Below, piece after piece: positions 19,175 to 29,060 of a DNA stretch of 64,000 nucleotides. Each line of letters begins with the position of its first letter. Positions within the stretch are counted from its first letter, which is position 1. The translations under genes and the position numbers were made by a program. The notes below the pieces were generated by a model that saw only the letters and a program-made list of their open reading frames with translations, did no database searches and had not been told where the DNA came from. Source of the stretch: an uncultured Bdellovibrionales bacterium (lineage in GTDB: Bacteria > Patescibacteriota > Minisyncoccia > Moranbacterales > GWC2-37-73); assembly GCA_964609855.1 (NCBI GenBank), contig CAZSTB010000001.1:27854-91853 (forward strand), read 5' to 3'.

Positions 19175-20020
19175 ATGAGATTTTATTGCATAAACAAGAG
19201 GCAGTCGCTTGGATTTGCTCGCGAATATTTGAAAAGCGCTTGTCAAAAATTGGGCGTGGAATTTGTGGAAATCGTTTCTGAGGATTTCAATATTTTAGAG
19301 ATGCCGCTACTAGGAAAGCAGGACATGCTTTACAGAGTGAGCACTGATAAAACTTCGTTTGCAATCGAACAATTTTTGTTAAATGATAATGTTACGACTT
19401 TTTACATTAATTCTCTGGAGCATGGAAAGTCGCGCGCTTCGTATTTGGCACTGAAAGGTTCGGAAATCTCCATTCCAAAAACCATCTCTGTACCGTCACT
19501 GAACAAGAAAAATATCGAAAAGTACGTTGAATATTTGGGCGGCTTCCCGATTATCTTGAAAGTCGTCGGCGGGATGCGCGGTGTTGGCGTTATTAAAGTA
19601 GATTCTTTGCCTGCGCTTTATTCCATTACCGATTATTTGGATACAATTGAAAGTAAATATATTTTTCGCGAGTTTATTGACTCTTCCAGTAGTGCTCGCT
19701 TAGTAGTTTTAAATGGAGAAGTTATTGCTAGTGTTGAATATGGCTCCACTGGAAACGATTTTCGTTCAAACAGTAGGCTTAGCGGTACCAGTGTGATTGA
19801 AAAGACTTATGACGAAAAAATTCAAAAAGCCGCTATTGAGGCAACGAGGCTTAGGGGATTTGCTTTTGGCGGCGTTGATATCATGATAGATAAGGGTGGA
19901 AAGTATTATGTTTTGGAAGTTAATTTTCCTTTTGGATTTCCAGAGGTTCAGAAAATTACCGGTATCGATGTGGCAGAAAAAATGATATGCTTTCTAATGA
20001 ATAAATCAAAAAAATTATAA
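19175..20020 (+). CDS. ATP-grasp family ligase (RimK/GshB-like)
   Basis: ILKVVGGMRGVGVIKV glycine-rich ATP-binding loop and VLEVNFPFGF ATP-grasp C-terminal motif. Confidence 0.7.
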   Translation: MRFYCINKRQSLGFAREYLKSACQKLGVEFVEIVSEDFNILEMPLLGKQDMLYRVSTDKTSFAIEQFLLNDNVTTFYINSLEHGKSRASYLALKGSEISIPKTISVPSLNKKNIEKYVEYLGGFPIILKVVGGMRGVGVIKVDSLPALYSITDYLDTIESKYIFREFIDSSSSARLVVLNGEVIASVEYGSTGNDFRSNSRLSGTSVIEKTYDEKIQKAAIEATRLRGFAFGGVDIMIDKGGKYYVLEVNFPFGFPEVQKITGIDVAEKMICFLMNKSKKL

Positions 20021-20022
20021 TA

Positions 20023-20943
20023 GTGGCTATGGAAATCAAAAAACGCCTTCTAATCATAGGTATCAGCGAAAAGGTTCACACGAGTGACAGACTCATAAGG
20101 GAAGCAAGACGAAATGATTTACCCTATGATTTTATTAAATGGGGTTCGCTGGTTTTTCTTGGTGGAGAAATTTTTTCGCAGTCGCAGAAAGTTGAAATTA
20201 AAAACTATGCAGCAATTTTTTGTGATATTCCTAGTTATAAGCTTAATGGAAAATCGCAGGATTTTTATTTCCGTCTCTATAACGAACTGAATGAAGTTTG
20301 CAAAGCAGCCGAAAAACATGGTGTAAAGTTATTGAACGGAAAATTTTTGCTGAGAAACCCTTTCTATAATAAATTTGCGCAAGCGCAAATGTTCGCAGAA
20401 AAAAATGTCGAGGCCATTGAAACCTTGCATCTTTGTGACAATAAACTTTCAAAAGTCGTTAGGGTTATTGATTCATTAGGGTGGGGTTATCCGTTGGTAG
20501 TTAAATGCAGTGAGGGCGGGATGGGGCAGGCTGTCTGGAAAGCGCAAGATGTCGAGGGTCTGCAAGACATTATCGAAGATAAACGCAATCAAAGTCTTGT
20601 TTATCAGCCATTTGTGAAAAATGATTGCGACTTTAGAGTTTTAGTGATCGGCGGAAAGGTTTTAGGCATCATGAAAAGAACAGCAAAGGATGGTGAATGG
20701 AAAAACAATTTCGCTTTGGGTGGCAGCGTAGTGGCATTTGAAGATGAAAAGATGGATATTTTTTGCAAGGATGTGTGCCGGAAACTGGAATTGGAATATG
20801 TAGGCCTGGATGTTTTTAAGGTGGGGGAGGGTTATAAGATCATTGAAACTAATATTTTTGCTTGTTTTGAGGGATTTGAGGAAGCTTTTCCGCATGAAAA
20901 CGTGGCACTGCAAATCCTTAGAGCGCTTGAACTAGTCAATTAG
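20023..20943 (+). CDS. ATP-grasp family ligase (RimK-like paralogue)
   Basis: VVKCSEGGMGQAVWK loop, DFRVLVIGGKV central motif, GLDVFKVGEGYKIIETN. GTG at 20023 or ATG at 20029. Confidence 0.7.
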   Translation: MAMEIKKRLLIIGISEKVHTSDRLIREARRNDLPYDFIKWGSLVFLGGEIFSQSQKVEIKNYAAIFCDIPSYKLNGKSQDFYFRLYNELNEVCKAAEKHGVKLLNGKFLLRNPFYNKFAQAQMFAEKNVEAIETLHLCDNKLSKVVRVIDSLGWGYPLVVKCSEGGMGQAVWKAQDVEGLQDIIEDKRNQSLVYQPFVKNDCDFRVLVIGGKVLGIMKRTAKDGEWKNNFALGGSVVAFEDEKMDIFCKDVCRKLELEYVGLDVFKVGEGYKIIETNIFACFEGFEEAFPHENVALQILRALELVN

Positions 20944-20998
20944 TTATAATTAAAATTTTGAAATTTTGAGCATAGCTCAGCTTTTCTAGGATATATCT

Positions 20999-21949
20999 AT
21001 GAAAAAAGTAATGATTCTTTTTGGAAGAAGTGATTGGAATAAGGCAAAGCCTTTCGCTAATCCTGAATATCAGTATTCTTATGAATATTTTTATGATCTT
21101 TGCAAACACAACGACATCCAGATGTATCGCGCGTCATATGAGTGGTATGACTATGAGAAAAATATTTTCACCCATGCTTGGATGTATGAAAGTGAGGGAG
21201 GGAATTGGAAGAAAGTTTCCAATATTGAACCTGATTTAGTTTACGATAAGACTAAAGCGCGCATGGAAGTCTATTACAAGAAAGAGCTTATTGGAAAAAG
21301 ATATCCATTTGTAAACGATTTGAATTTTACGAAAATAATTGACGATAAATTCGTTACAAGCCTGCTTTTTTCGCAGTGGTCAAAAAAAAGTTGGCTTTTT
21401 AAGAACAAGCAAGAACTTGATAGTATTTTGCCCGAGCTTAAAACTTCAAAAGTAGTCATTAAGCCCGTCAGCGAAAGTGGCGGCAAGGGTGTTTATATTC
21501 TTGATAAAGATGATGCTAAAAATTTGGAACTTAGCGGCGAAAATATTGCACAGGAGTTTATTGATTCATCCAAAGGAGTTCCAGGTGTCAGCAGTGGTAT
21601 GCACGATCTGAGGTTAGTTTTTGTGAACAATGAAATAATGTACGCCTATATTCGTCAGCCCCAAGAGGGAAGTTATTTGGCAAACTTGGCGCAAGGCGGT
21701 TCACTGATAATTGTTCCCATTGAAAATTTACCGGCCTCTTTGAATCCAGTCCTCGCTTATACGAAAGAAATATTTGCCACGTTTACAAATAAAATATACG
21801 CAATCGATTTCATGTTTGATGAAGAGGGAACTCCTTGGATTGTGGAACTCAATTCGATGCCGGGACTTTATTTTACGCCGGAAGAAAAACCGCACATGTT
21901 GAAAATGTATCAGAAGCTGCTCGACATGTTCAATGGAATATTGAAATAA
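20999..21949 (+). CDS. ATP-grasp family ligase (YheC/YheD-like paralogue)
   Basis: VIKPVSESGGKGVYIL glycine-rich loop, DLRLVFVNNEI, IVELNSMPGLYF. Confidence 0.65.
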   Translation: MKKVMILFGRSDWNKAKPFANPEYQYSYEYFYDLCKHNDIQMYRASYEWYDYEKNIFTHAWMYESEGGNWKKVSNIEPDLVYDKTKARMEVYYKKELIGKRYPFVNDLNFTKIIDDKFVTSLLFSQWSKKSWLFKNKQELDSILPELKTSKVVIKPVSESGGKGVYILDKDDAKNLELSGENIAQEFIDSSKGVPGVSSGMHDLRLVFVNNEIMYAYIRQPQEGSYLANLAQGGSLIIVPIENLPASLNPVLAYTKEIFATFTNKIYAIDFMFDEEGTPWIVELNSMPGLYFTPEEKPHMLKMYQKLLDMFNGILK

Positions 21950-22150
21950 CTTTTAAAAAACAGGCAATGCCTGTTTTTTTCATGGTATAGTACGAGTTTT
22001 GTGCTATAATTACAAGCATATAAATAAATTCTTTTTAATGAGAGTTGATATTTTTAAAAGAGGAAATTTTATTTTTTACGCTTGATTAAATTGTTACTTG
22101 GTGTATAGTAGTAGCTGCTTTAAAAAATGTAATTTTTAGTTTTTTTATAT

Positions 22151-24487
22151 ATGAAACCAATCTTTGTTTCAACAAAATTTAAAAATATCTCCCGTCAAGG
22201 AAAGTGGAAACTGGCTGGAAAAATTGCGCTCTACTCATTCGGGGTCGGAATTCTTTTTGTGGTGGGTCTTTTCATTTATTTTGCAAAAGATCTTCCAAGT
22301 CCGACAGCTGTGAATAGTCGCATGGTTGCTGAGTCTACTAAAATTTATGACAGAACCGGTGAACATCTCCTTTATGATGTGCATGGCGAAGAAAAAAGAA
22401 CTATCATTGAATTCAATCAAATCCCGGATACGGTTAAATACGCAACTATTGCTTTGGAGGATCAGGAATTTTATTCTCATCATGGAATCAAGATCACTTC
22501 TATTATTCGCAGCGCACTTAAGGATATTATCAAGGGTGGAGCGAAGCAAGGAGGTTCGACTATTACGCAGCAACTTGTAAAGCAATCACTCCTGACTTCA
22601 GAAAAAACGCTGACAAGAAAAATTAAGGAAGTTATCCTTGCTATTGAAATTGAACAGCGCTATACCAAAGATGAAATCTTGGGAATGTACCTGAATCAAA
22701 TTCCTTATGGCTCTAACGCTTACGGTATCGAAGCGGCTGCCCAGACTTTTTTTAAGAAATCAGCAGGCGAACTCACATTAGCTGAAGCGGCTTTACTTTC
22801 AGCTCTTCCAAATGCCCCAACTTACTATTCTCCTTTTGGATTACATACTGATGCCTTGAAAGCTCGCCAAGAAACCGCACTCAGCCGCATGGCAAGTATC
22901 GGGTATATCACTGAAGAGCAAACAGCGGATGCGAAAAATGTTGACATTCTCGCAGGCATAAGTCCAAAAAATGACAATATTTCAGCGCCGCACTTTGTTA
23001 TGTATATCAAGGATTATCTGGTTAATAAATATGGTGAGCAATCCGTTGAGCAGGGTGGTCTAAAAGTTTATACTTCCTTGAATTGGGAAATGCAGCAAGC
23101 TGCTGAAAAAGCGGTAGCTGAAGGAGCGGAAAAAAATGCCGCAAATAAGGCTTCAAATGCCGCACTCGTAGCGATGGATCCAAAGACTGGGCAGATTTTA
23201 GCAATGGTCGGATCTAAAAATTATTTTGATAAAACCATTGATGGTCAAGTGAATGTAGCCTTGGCTAACCGTCAGCCAGGTTCTTCATTTAAGCCTTATG
23301 TTTATCTTACAGCCTTTACTAAGGGCTACACTCCTGAAACAATGCTTTTTGACGTACCGACAAGTTTTAGTACGGACGCTACTCAACAAGATTATACTCC
23401 TCAAAACTATGATGGAAGTTTTCATGGACCGTTACAAATGAAAAACGCACTTGCTATGTCATTGAATATTCCTGCCGTTAAAACTTTGTACTTAGCCGGA
23501 GTTAAGGATTCGATAAATTTGGCGAAAAGTTTGGGAATCTCAGGACTTAATCAGCCGGATAGATATGGTCTTTCGCTTGTGCTTGGTGGAGGGGAAGTGA
23601 CATTGCTTGATCATGTCAGTGCATACAGTACGTTGGCAAGTGGAGGCATGAAGCGAGATAGGGTATCAATTTTAAAAGTCGAAGACAAAAATGGAACTGT
23701 CCTGGAAAAGTATAGGGAGAGTAGTGGTGTGCGAGTAGTGGATGAGAAATACGTAGGAATGTTGGATTACATTATGTCTACGAATGATTTTCGTGCCCCT
23801 GTTTTTGGTGAAAATAATCCCTTTAAATTTACTGAGCGGGCAGTGGCTGCCAAGACAGGAACAACAAATGAATTTCGTGATGGTTGGGCGATGGGATATA
23901 CTCCCTCCATCGCGGCCGGAGTATGGGCTGGGAATAATGATAACTCTTCAATGAAAGTCGGAGCTGATGGTATTATTGTTGCGGCTCCTATATGGAGAGC
24001 ATTTATGAATTTTGCTTTAGGTAATAGCGCAGCGGATAAATTTCCTGAATATGAAAAAGAGGAGCTAGAAAAGCCGGTGCTGAATGGAGATTTTAATACT
24101 AAAGAAATTGAAGTTTGTGAAATAGATAAAGGTAAAAAGGATGGAGAATATTGTTTGGCAAATGACACCTGCCCAAGTGACGCAAAAGATAAAGTTACAT
24201 TTGGAGATGTGCATGATATTCTTTACTACGTTAACAAGGAAGATCCCAGGGGAGACCAACCAAAAGATCCAAGTGACGACCCTCAATACAAAAACTGGGA
24301 AAAAGGAGTCCAGTCTTGGCTTAAGGATAGCAAGGGTAAAAAAGAAGTTAAGGGACTTAGAAAACTTGAACCTGCTCCAACTGATGAATGTAAATCTGAT
24401 TACTTTTCAGCGAATGATAAGCCAAAGGAAGAGCCAAAACCAGAGCCTGCCCCTGTTGTAACTCCCGTTGCAACTCCGGTTCTGTAG
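22151..24487 (+). CDS. class A penicillin-binding protein (bifunctional glycosyltransferase/transpeptidase, PBP1A type)
   Basis: N-terminal TM anchor, glycosyltransferase motifs (EDQEFYSHHGI, GGSTITQQL), transpeptidase SxxK (SSFKP), SxN and KTGTT motifs. Pro/Glu-rich C-terminal tail. Confidence 0.9.
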   Translation: MKPIFVSTKFKNISRQGKWKLAGKIALYSFGVGILFVVGLFIYFAKDLPSPTAVNSRMVAESTKIYDRTGEHLLYDVHGEEKRTIIEFNQIPDTVKYATIALEDQEFYSHHGIKITSIIRSALKDIIKGGAKQGGSTITQQLVKQSLLTSEKTLTRKIKEVILAIEIEQRYTKDEILGMYLNQIPYGSNAYGIEAAAQTFFKKSAGELTLAEAALLSALPNAPTYYSPFGLHTDALKARQETALSRMASIGYITEEQTADAKNVDILAGISPKNDNISAPHFVMYIKDYLVNKYGEQSVEQGGLKVYTSLNWEMQQAAEKAVAEGAEKNAANKASNAALVAMDPKTGQILAMVGSKNYFDKTIDGQVNVALANRQPGSSFKPYVYLTAFTKGYTPETMLFDVPTSFSTDATQQDYTPQNYDGSFHGPLQMKNALAMSLNIPAVKTLYLAGVKDSINLAKSLGISGLNQPDRYGLSLVLGGGEVTLLDHVSAYSTLASGGMKRDRVSILKVEDKNGTVLEKYRESSGVRVVDEKYVGMLDYIMSTNDFRAPVFGENNPFKFTERAVAAKTGTTNEFRDGWAMGYTPSIAAGVWAGNNDNSSMKVGADGIIVAAPIWRAFMNFALGNSAADKFPEYEKEELEKPVLNGDFNTKEIEVCEIDKGKKDGEYCLANDTCPSDAKDKVTFGDVHDILYYVNKEDPRGDQPKDPSDDPQYKNWEKGVQSWLKDSKGKKEVKGLRKLEPAPTDECKSDYFSANDKPKEEPKPEPAPVVTPVATPVL

Positions 24488-24510
24488 CTAATATTAAACG
24501 TAAAATATAA

Positions 24511-25083
24511 ATGATAGCGAAAATAAAAGGCAACCTTGAATATCTGCGAGATTCCTATGTGGTAGTGGATGTGAATGGAGTTGGATATAAAGTTTTCATA
24601 ACCATGCATACTTTCGGTGTAGTTGCAGGGAGGAAAGAAATTGAACTGTATACTCATACATATGTTCGAGAAGACACTTTAGCTCTGTATGGATTTCTAG
24701 AAATCGATGAGCTTGAAATGTTTGAACTACTGATTTCTATTTCCGGAATAGGACCGAAAGCAGCACTGGGAATCCTCACGATTGCCAATCCAGACACCGT
24801 TAGAATGGCTGTGCTGAATGAAGACCCGTCTATTCTTACACGTGTTTCCGGTGTGGGTAAAAAAATTGCTGAGCGCGTAATTTTGGAGCTTAGAAATAAA
24901 ATTACCGAAATTCCGGAAAGACAGAAAGCTCAAATTTCTGCTGACAGCGATTCACTGGAGGCTTTAGTTGCGATGGGATATTCAATTTCGGATGCCAGAG
25001 AGACTCTTAAGTTAATTCCTTCTGAAATAAAAGATGTTGCAGAAAGAGTAAAATTAGCATTAAAAAATTTAGGAAAAAAATAA
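24511..25083 (+). CDS. ruvA: Holliday junction DNA helicase subunit RuvA
   Basis: MIAKIKG...VVVDVNGVGYKV N-terminal OB domain, helix-hairpin-helix ISGIGPKAALGIL, C-terminal domain III. Confidence 0.9.
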   Translation: MIAKIKGNLEYLRDSYVVVDVNGVGYKVFITMHTFGVVAGRKEIELYTHTYVREDTLALYGFLEIDELEMFELLISISGIGPKAALGILTIANPDTVRMAVLNEDPSILTRVSGVGKKIAERVILELRNKITEIPERQKAQISADSDSLEALVAMGYSISDARETLKLIPSEIKDVAERVKLALKNLGKK

Positions 25084-25163
25084 TAACTGCCGGTTTTTTT
25101 GCTAAAATTTTCATAAAAAAAATTAGAATGGTATAATATGACCATAAGACTTCAATATTCTTT

Positions 25164-26426
25164 ATGAAAATAAAAATAAAAAATCAACACACGAAAAGAG
25201 GCTCAATACTTGCATATTCTTTGATAATACTTTTTGCAATGATTGCAATTGTTACTTCAATGTCTGCAACGACGCTTTTGGAAAAGAAGAGTTCAAATTC
25301 TACGGAATTTTCCGTGCAATCATTCCAGGTTGCTGATAGTGGTGCTCAGCTAGCGCTAAAAAAAATAAACAACGGACTTGGCAAAGCTATAAATGTTTCT
25401 TTTACTTGTGATGCCAGTGGGGACGTCTTGAATAATTTGGATGGCGGATTGGGAAAGTATGATCTCTCATTTTATTCTGATTCTGCAGGAACGATAAAAA
25501 TTACTGATTGCTCCAAGATGGTTTCTGAAATTTCCAGTATTAAATCGGTCGGATCTTTTAGGGGTACAATCAGGGCTGTAAATGTCGCAGTCTCGGCTCA
25601 ATCTTTGCCGACACTATATGTAACTGATTATTCCTCAGCAACTGGAAATATCAACATCTTGGATCTTACAAATCCTTTGGCACCTTCGCTAGCTGGAATA
25701 TTTACCGGGGGAACAGCAGATCCTTATCATATGGTAGTTTCTGGTAGGTTTGCATATGTGGCAACTTATACTCAGAATAAAATTGAAATTTTAGATCTTA
25801 GGAATAGCTTTGTTCCTACAAAAATAGAGGAAGTTGCAACAGTAAAAACCACACCTGTTGGACTTGCGATTTATGACAAATACCTATATGTTTCATATTT
25901 TAGTGAAGCCCAAATTGGAATATACAGTATCAATGAAAATACTGGAGCACTCAACCTCGAACTGGCTTCTTTCCCAGCAGGAACACGTCCCTATGGGATG
26001 GCTGTCAGCGGTAAATATCTTTATGTTGCTAATTCGGGAGATAATAATATTCAGGTGTTTGACTTGAGTAGCCCAACTAACCCCGTCTCTGTAGCTCTTG
26101 TAAATACAAATCCTAGTGGTGGTCCCACCGGATTATCGGCAACAGGTAATTATTTGTATGTTGCTAATCACGGATTGGATGAAGTTCAAATTATGAACAT
26201 AACTACGAAAAATAATCCTCTGCCGCTTAAAGCCTTTCCAGTAACAGGAAGTCCTTATGGGGTATTGGCTCATAATAATGTTCTTTACGTTTCCAGATTG
26301 ACGGCTGGAAAAGTGAGCATGTTTGACATCACTTCACCGGAATTGATAAATAATCCAATAGCTAAAGGTGACATCCCCGCAGCCTTAAATGGACCTTTGG
26401 GTATGGCGATATCGGTGGGAGAATAA
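25164..26426 (+). CDS. surface/secreted beta-propeller protein with YVTN/LVIVD-type repeats and a prepilin-like hydrophobic N-terminus
   Basis: N-terminal KRGSILAYSLIILFAMIAIV anchor (pilin-like but lacking the canonical Glu5). At least 6 repeats of the LYV(A/T)N...I.V.D type. Confidence 0.5.
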   Translation: MKIKIKNQHTKRGSILAYSLIILFAMIAIVTSMSATTLLEKKSSNSTEFSVQSFQVADSGAQLALKKINNGLGKAINVSFTCDASGDVLNNLDGGLGKYDLSFYSDSAGTIKITDCSKMVSEISSIKSVGSFRGTIRAVNVAVSAQSLPTLYVTDYSSATGNINILDLTNPLAPSLAGIFTGGTADPYHMVVSGRFAYVATYTQNKIEILDLRNSFVPTKIEEVATVKTTPVGLAIYDKYLYVSYFSEAQIGIYSINENTGALNLELASFPAGTRPYGMAVSGKYLYVANSGDNNIQVFDLSSPTNPVSVALVNTNPSGGPTGLSATGNYLYVANHGLDEVQIMNITTKNNPLPLKAFPVTGSPYGVLAHNNVLYVSRLTAGKVSMFDITSPELINNPIAKGDIPAALNGPLGMAISVGE

Positions 26427-26464
26427 TCTTAAAATTCTTTATTTTTCCATCTGATGCTGGTATA

Positions 26465-27529
26465 GTGAAAATTATGAATTCCTGCAAAAAACTAAATCAT
26501 CATAACCAGCAAGACTCCCTCGATGGAGGTTTTTTGCAATCTTCCGCGTGGCTTAAGTTTCAAGAAAGCGTTGGTAGAAAAATCTTGGAAGTCACTCTTC
26601 AAAATTCTCAAGCACAGATTTCCGAAAGTGATTCAGAATTCAAAGCTGGCCTTATTGAACATAAACTTCCAATTGTGGGAAAATATTTTTACATCCCAAG
26701 AGGTTCAATTTTCAGCGTAAATCTCATTAAATCTGGCATTCAGAAAATAATAAGTGAAGCTAAAAAAGAAAATGCCGGCTGGATAAGACTTGAGCCAGCT
26801 GATAATAAAACGCTCGAGCTCATAAGAGAGAGTTATCCGGCAAAAATAGCGCGAGCGCCGCATGACGTTCAACCTAAGGAGATATTTGTTATTGATATCT
26901 CAAAATCTCCCGAACAACTGCTTGAGGAGATGAAAAGTAAAACTCGCTATAATATTAAACTAGCTCAGAAAAGAGGTGTTATTATTCGCACAGTTTCTGA
27001 TTTTCGTTCGCAAGCTGGTGAGACATATGTGGCAGCATTTTTGGCTCTGACAAGAGAAATGGCCGCAAGACACGGAATAGCTGCACATGGCGATCAGTAT
27101 TATAGAAAGATGATTCAAGCTTTGCCAAAAGAGATGATTAGTATTTATATTGCCGAATATCAAAATAAAATTATTGCTGCAAATCTGGTTTTGTTTTATG
27201 GCAATTTCGCAACATATCTGCATGGCGCATCTGGCAACGAGCAACGGAACCTAATGGCCCCATTTTTATTGCAATGGCAGGCGATCTTGGATGCAAAAAA
27301 TAGGGGATGCGAAAAATACGATTTTGGAGGAGTGCAAACGCCAGGCGCTCAACATCAAAAGCATAGCGACTTGGTAGGAGTTACAAACTTTAAACTCGGC
27401 TTTTCTCCACTGACCAAGCCTATTGAATTTCCAGGAAGTTATGATATTATTATCAATCCTCGCGCGTATGCACTATACAGAGGGCTTCAAAAGGCAAAAT
27501 CAATGATAAAAATTTTTAAAAAAAATTAA
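26465..27529 (+). CDS. FemAB/FemX-family peptidoglycan interpeptide-bridge aminoacyltransferase
   Basis: GFLQSSAWLKFQ N-terminal motif, TRYNIKLAQKRGV, and C-terminal YLHGASGNEQRNLMAPFLLQWQAILDAKNRGCEKYDFGG typical of FemABX. Start GTG 26465 or ATG 26474. Confidence 0.7.
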   Translation: MKIMNSCKKLNHHNQQDSLDGGFLQSSAWLKFQESVGRKILEVTLQNSQAQISESDSEFKAGLIEHKLPIVGKYFYIPRGSIFSVNLIKSGIQKIISEAKKENAGWIRLEPADNKTLELIRESYPAKIARAPHDVQPKEIFVIDISKSPEQLLEEMKSKTRYNIKLAQKRGVIIRTVSDFRSQAGETYVAAFLALTREMAARHGIAAHGDQYYRKMIQALPKEMISIYIAEYQNKIIAANLVLFYGNFATYLHGASGNEQRNLMAPFLLQWQAILDAKNRGCEKYDFGGVQTPGAQHQKHSDLVGVTNFKLGFSPLTKPIEFPGSYDIIINPRAYALYRGLQKAKSMIKIFKKN

Positions 27530-27626
27530 ATCTCAATTCCAAAATCTAAATGACAAATAAATGACTCAATGATAAAATATCAAACGTATCATTTTTAGAT
27601 TTTAGATTTAGGATTTTATTGGATAT

Positions 27627-28943
27627 TTGAAATTGAGATTTTGGATTTATATGTTTTATATAAAAAAATTATTCCCTCAATGGTTGAAAAACATCTATCA
27701 TCTTGCTCAAGCAATGGTGGCTAATGTTTGGTTTGGATTTCCTTCTCGTAAAATCAAAATTATCGGAGTGACCGGAACAGACGGCAAGACAACGACGGTG
27801 CAGATGATAACAGCTATTTTGGAAGAGGCTGGGAAAAAAGTTGCGACGGCATCGACGATAAATTTTAAAATTAATAGGAAAGAGGAAAAAAACTTGTCCC
27901 ACTTTACCACCTCCTCTGCTTTCGCGGTGCAAAAATTTATAGCCAAGGCTATCAGCAGTAAATGCGAATATTTGGTTTTAGAAACCTCATCCCATGCTCT
28001 CGATCAACATAGGGTTTGGGGTATTAAGTTTCAAACTGCACTTATCACTAACGTTACGCGCGAACACTTGGATTATCATAAGACAATCAAGCAATATCGC
28101 GAAGCTAAGGGGAAGCTTTTTGAAATAGTCAAAAAAAATAACGGAAAAGCTATTGTAAATCTTGACATGGAAAATCCTGAAGAATTTTTAATGCTTACTG
28201 ATGATAATTGTTATGGATACACTATCAAGAAAAATCAGGAGTCGCGATTTTCGAAGTATGAATTAAGAATCATTCAGGCTGAGGGGATTGAATTAAAAAT
28301 AACGGGTTCTAAATTTCAAGTTCAAAATTCAAGTATCGAGCTAAATATTCCAGGATTGTTTAACATTGAAAATGCGCTGGCGGCCGCTTGTGTAGGCTTG
28401 TCTGAAAGTATCAACTTGGAAGTCATTTCCAGGGCATTAAGGGGGATCAAGAGTGTGCCGGGAAGAATGGAAACAGTAAAAAATGAAAAAGGGCTCAATG
28501 TAATAGTTGACTTTGCGCTTACGCCTAACGCCCTGGATAAATTGTATGCGCATTTATTTTCAGTTAAAAAGGATGAGAATAAAATTATCGCAGTTTTTGG
28601 ATCTTGCGGCGAAAGAGATCGAGGTAAACGTCCGATTATGGGAGAAATTGTTTCAAAATATGCAGATCTAATTATTCTTACAAATGACGAGCCGTACCGC
28701 GAAAATCCCGAAAATATAATTGAAGAAATTGCAGCTGGCATTTCAAATAAAAAAGAAAATGAAACTTTTTGGAAAATTCCCGACAGACGGCAGGCTATCA
28801 GGAGAGCTCTTCAGCTCGCCTCGGCGGGAGACATCATTGTGGTTACTGGAATGGGCAATTTTGAAACCATGATCATAGGCTGCGAAAAAATTCCTTGGAG
28901 TGATAAAGGGGTAATTCAAGAGGAATTAAAAAATCTCCCTTAA
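27627..28943 (+). CDS. Mur ligase family protein, MurE-like (UDP-MurNAc-dipeptide:diamino-acid ligase) with shortened N-terminal domain
   Basis: FGFPSRKIKIIGVTGTDGKTTT matches the MurE P-loop context. Central and C-terminal Mur ligase domains present. Only about 50 residues precede the P-loop. Confidence 0.7.
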   Translation: MKLRFWIYMFYIKKLFPQWLKNIYHLAQAMVANVWFGFPSRKIKIIGVTGTDGKTTTVQMITAILEEAGKKVATASTINFKINRKEEKNLSHFTTSSAFAVQKFIAKAISSKCEYLVLETSSHALDQHRVWGIKFQTALITNVTREHLDYHKTIKQYREAKGKLFEIVKKNNGKAIVNLDMENPEEFLMLTDDNCYGYTIKKNQESRFSKYELRIIQAEGIELKITGSKFQVQNSSIELNIPGLFNIENALAAACVGLSESINLEVISRALRGIKSVPGRMETVKNEKGLNVIVDFALTPNALDKLYAHLFSVKKDENKIIAVFGSCGERDRGKRPIMGEIVSKYADLIILTNDEPYRENPENIIEEIAAGISNKKENETFWKIPDRRQAIRRALQLASAGDIIVVTGMGNFETMIIGCEKIPWSDKGVIQEELKNLP

Positions 28944-28961
28944 TTAAGGGAGATTTTTTAA
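28932..28961 (+). terminator. rho-independent terminator overlapping MurE-like stop codon
   Basis: tctccct-taatta-agggaga hairpin followed by tttttt. Confidence 0.6.
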
Positions 28962-29007
28962 TGCTATTTTTGTTGTTGTCGAACGAGTGATGACATCAAA
29001 TAGGTTT

Positions 29008-29029
29008 AACCTGCCTGCCGGCAGGCAGG
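29008..29029. repeat. perfect 22-bp GC-rich palindrome (acctgcctgccggcaggcaggt) between convergent genes; REP-like element / bidirectional terminator
   Basis: Perfect inverted symmetry. A related acctgcc...ggcag..caggt palindrome recurs at 30951-30993. Confidence 0.5.
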
Positions 29030-29060
29030 TACCTCGGGGCTTGCCCAGGGGTCAATACTT

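Noticed and set aside
25164-26426. Calling the 420-aa beta-propeller protein a bona fide type IV pilin/pseudopilin
   Set aside because: Its N-terminal hydrophobic segment lacks the conserved G-F/x-x-x-E prepilin cleavage motif (Tyr in place of Glu5). Described only as prepilin-like.
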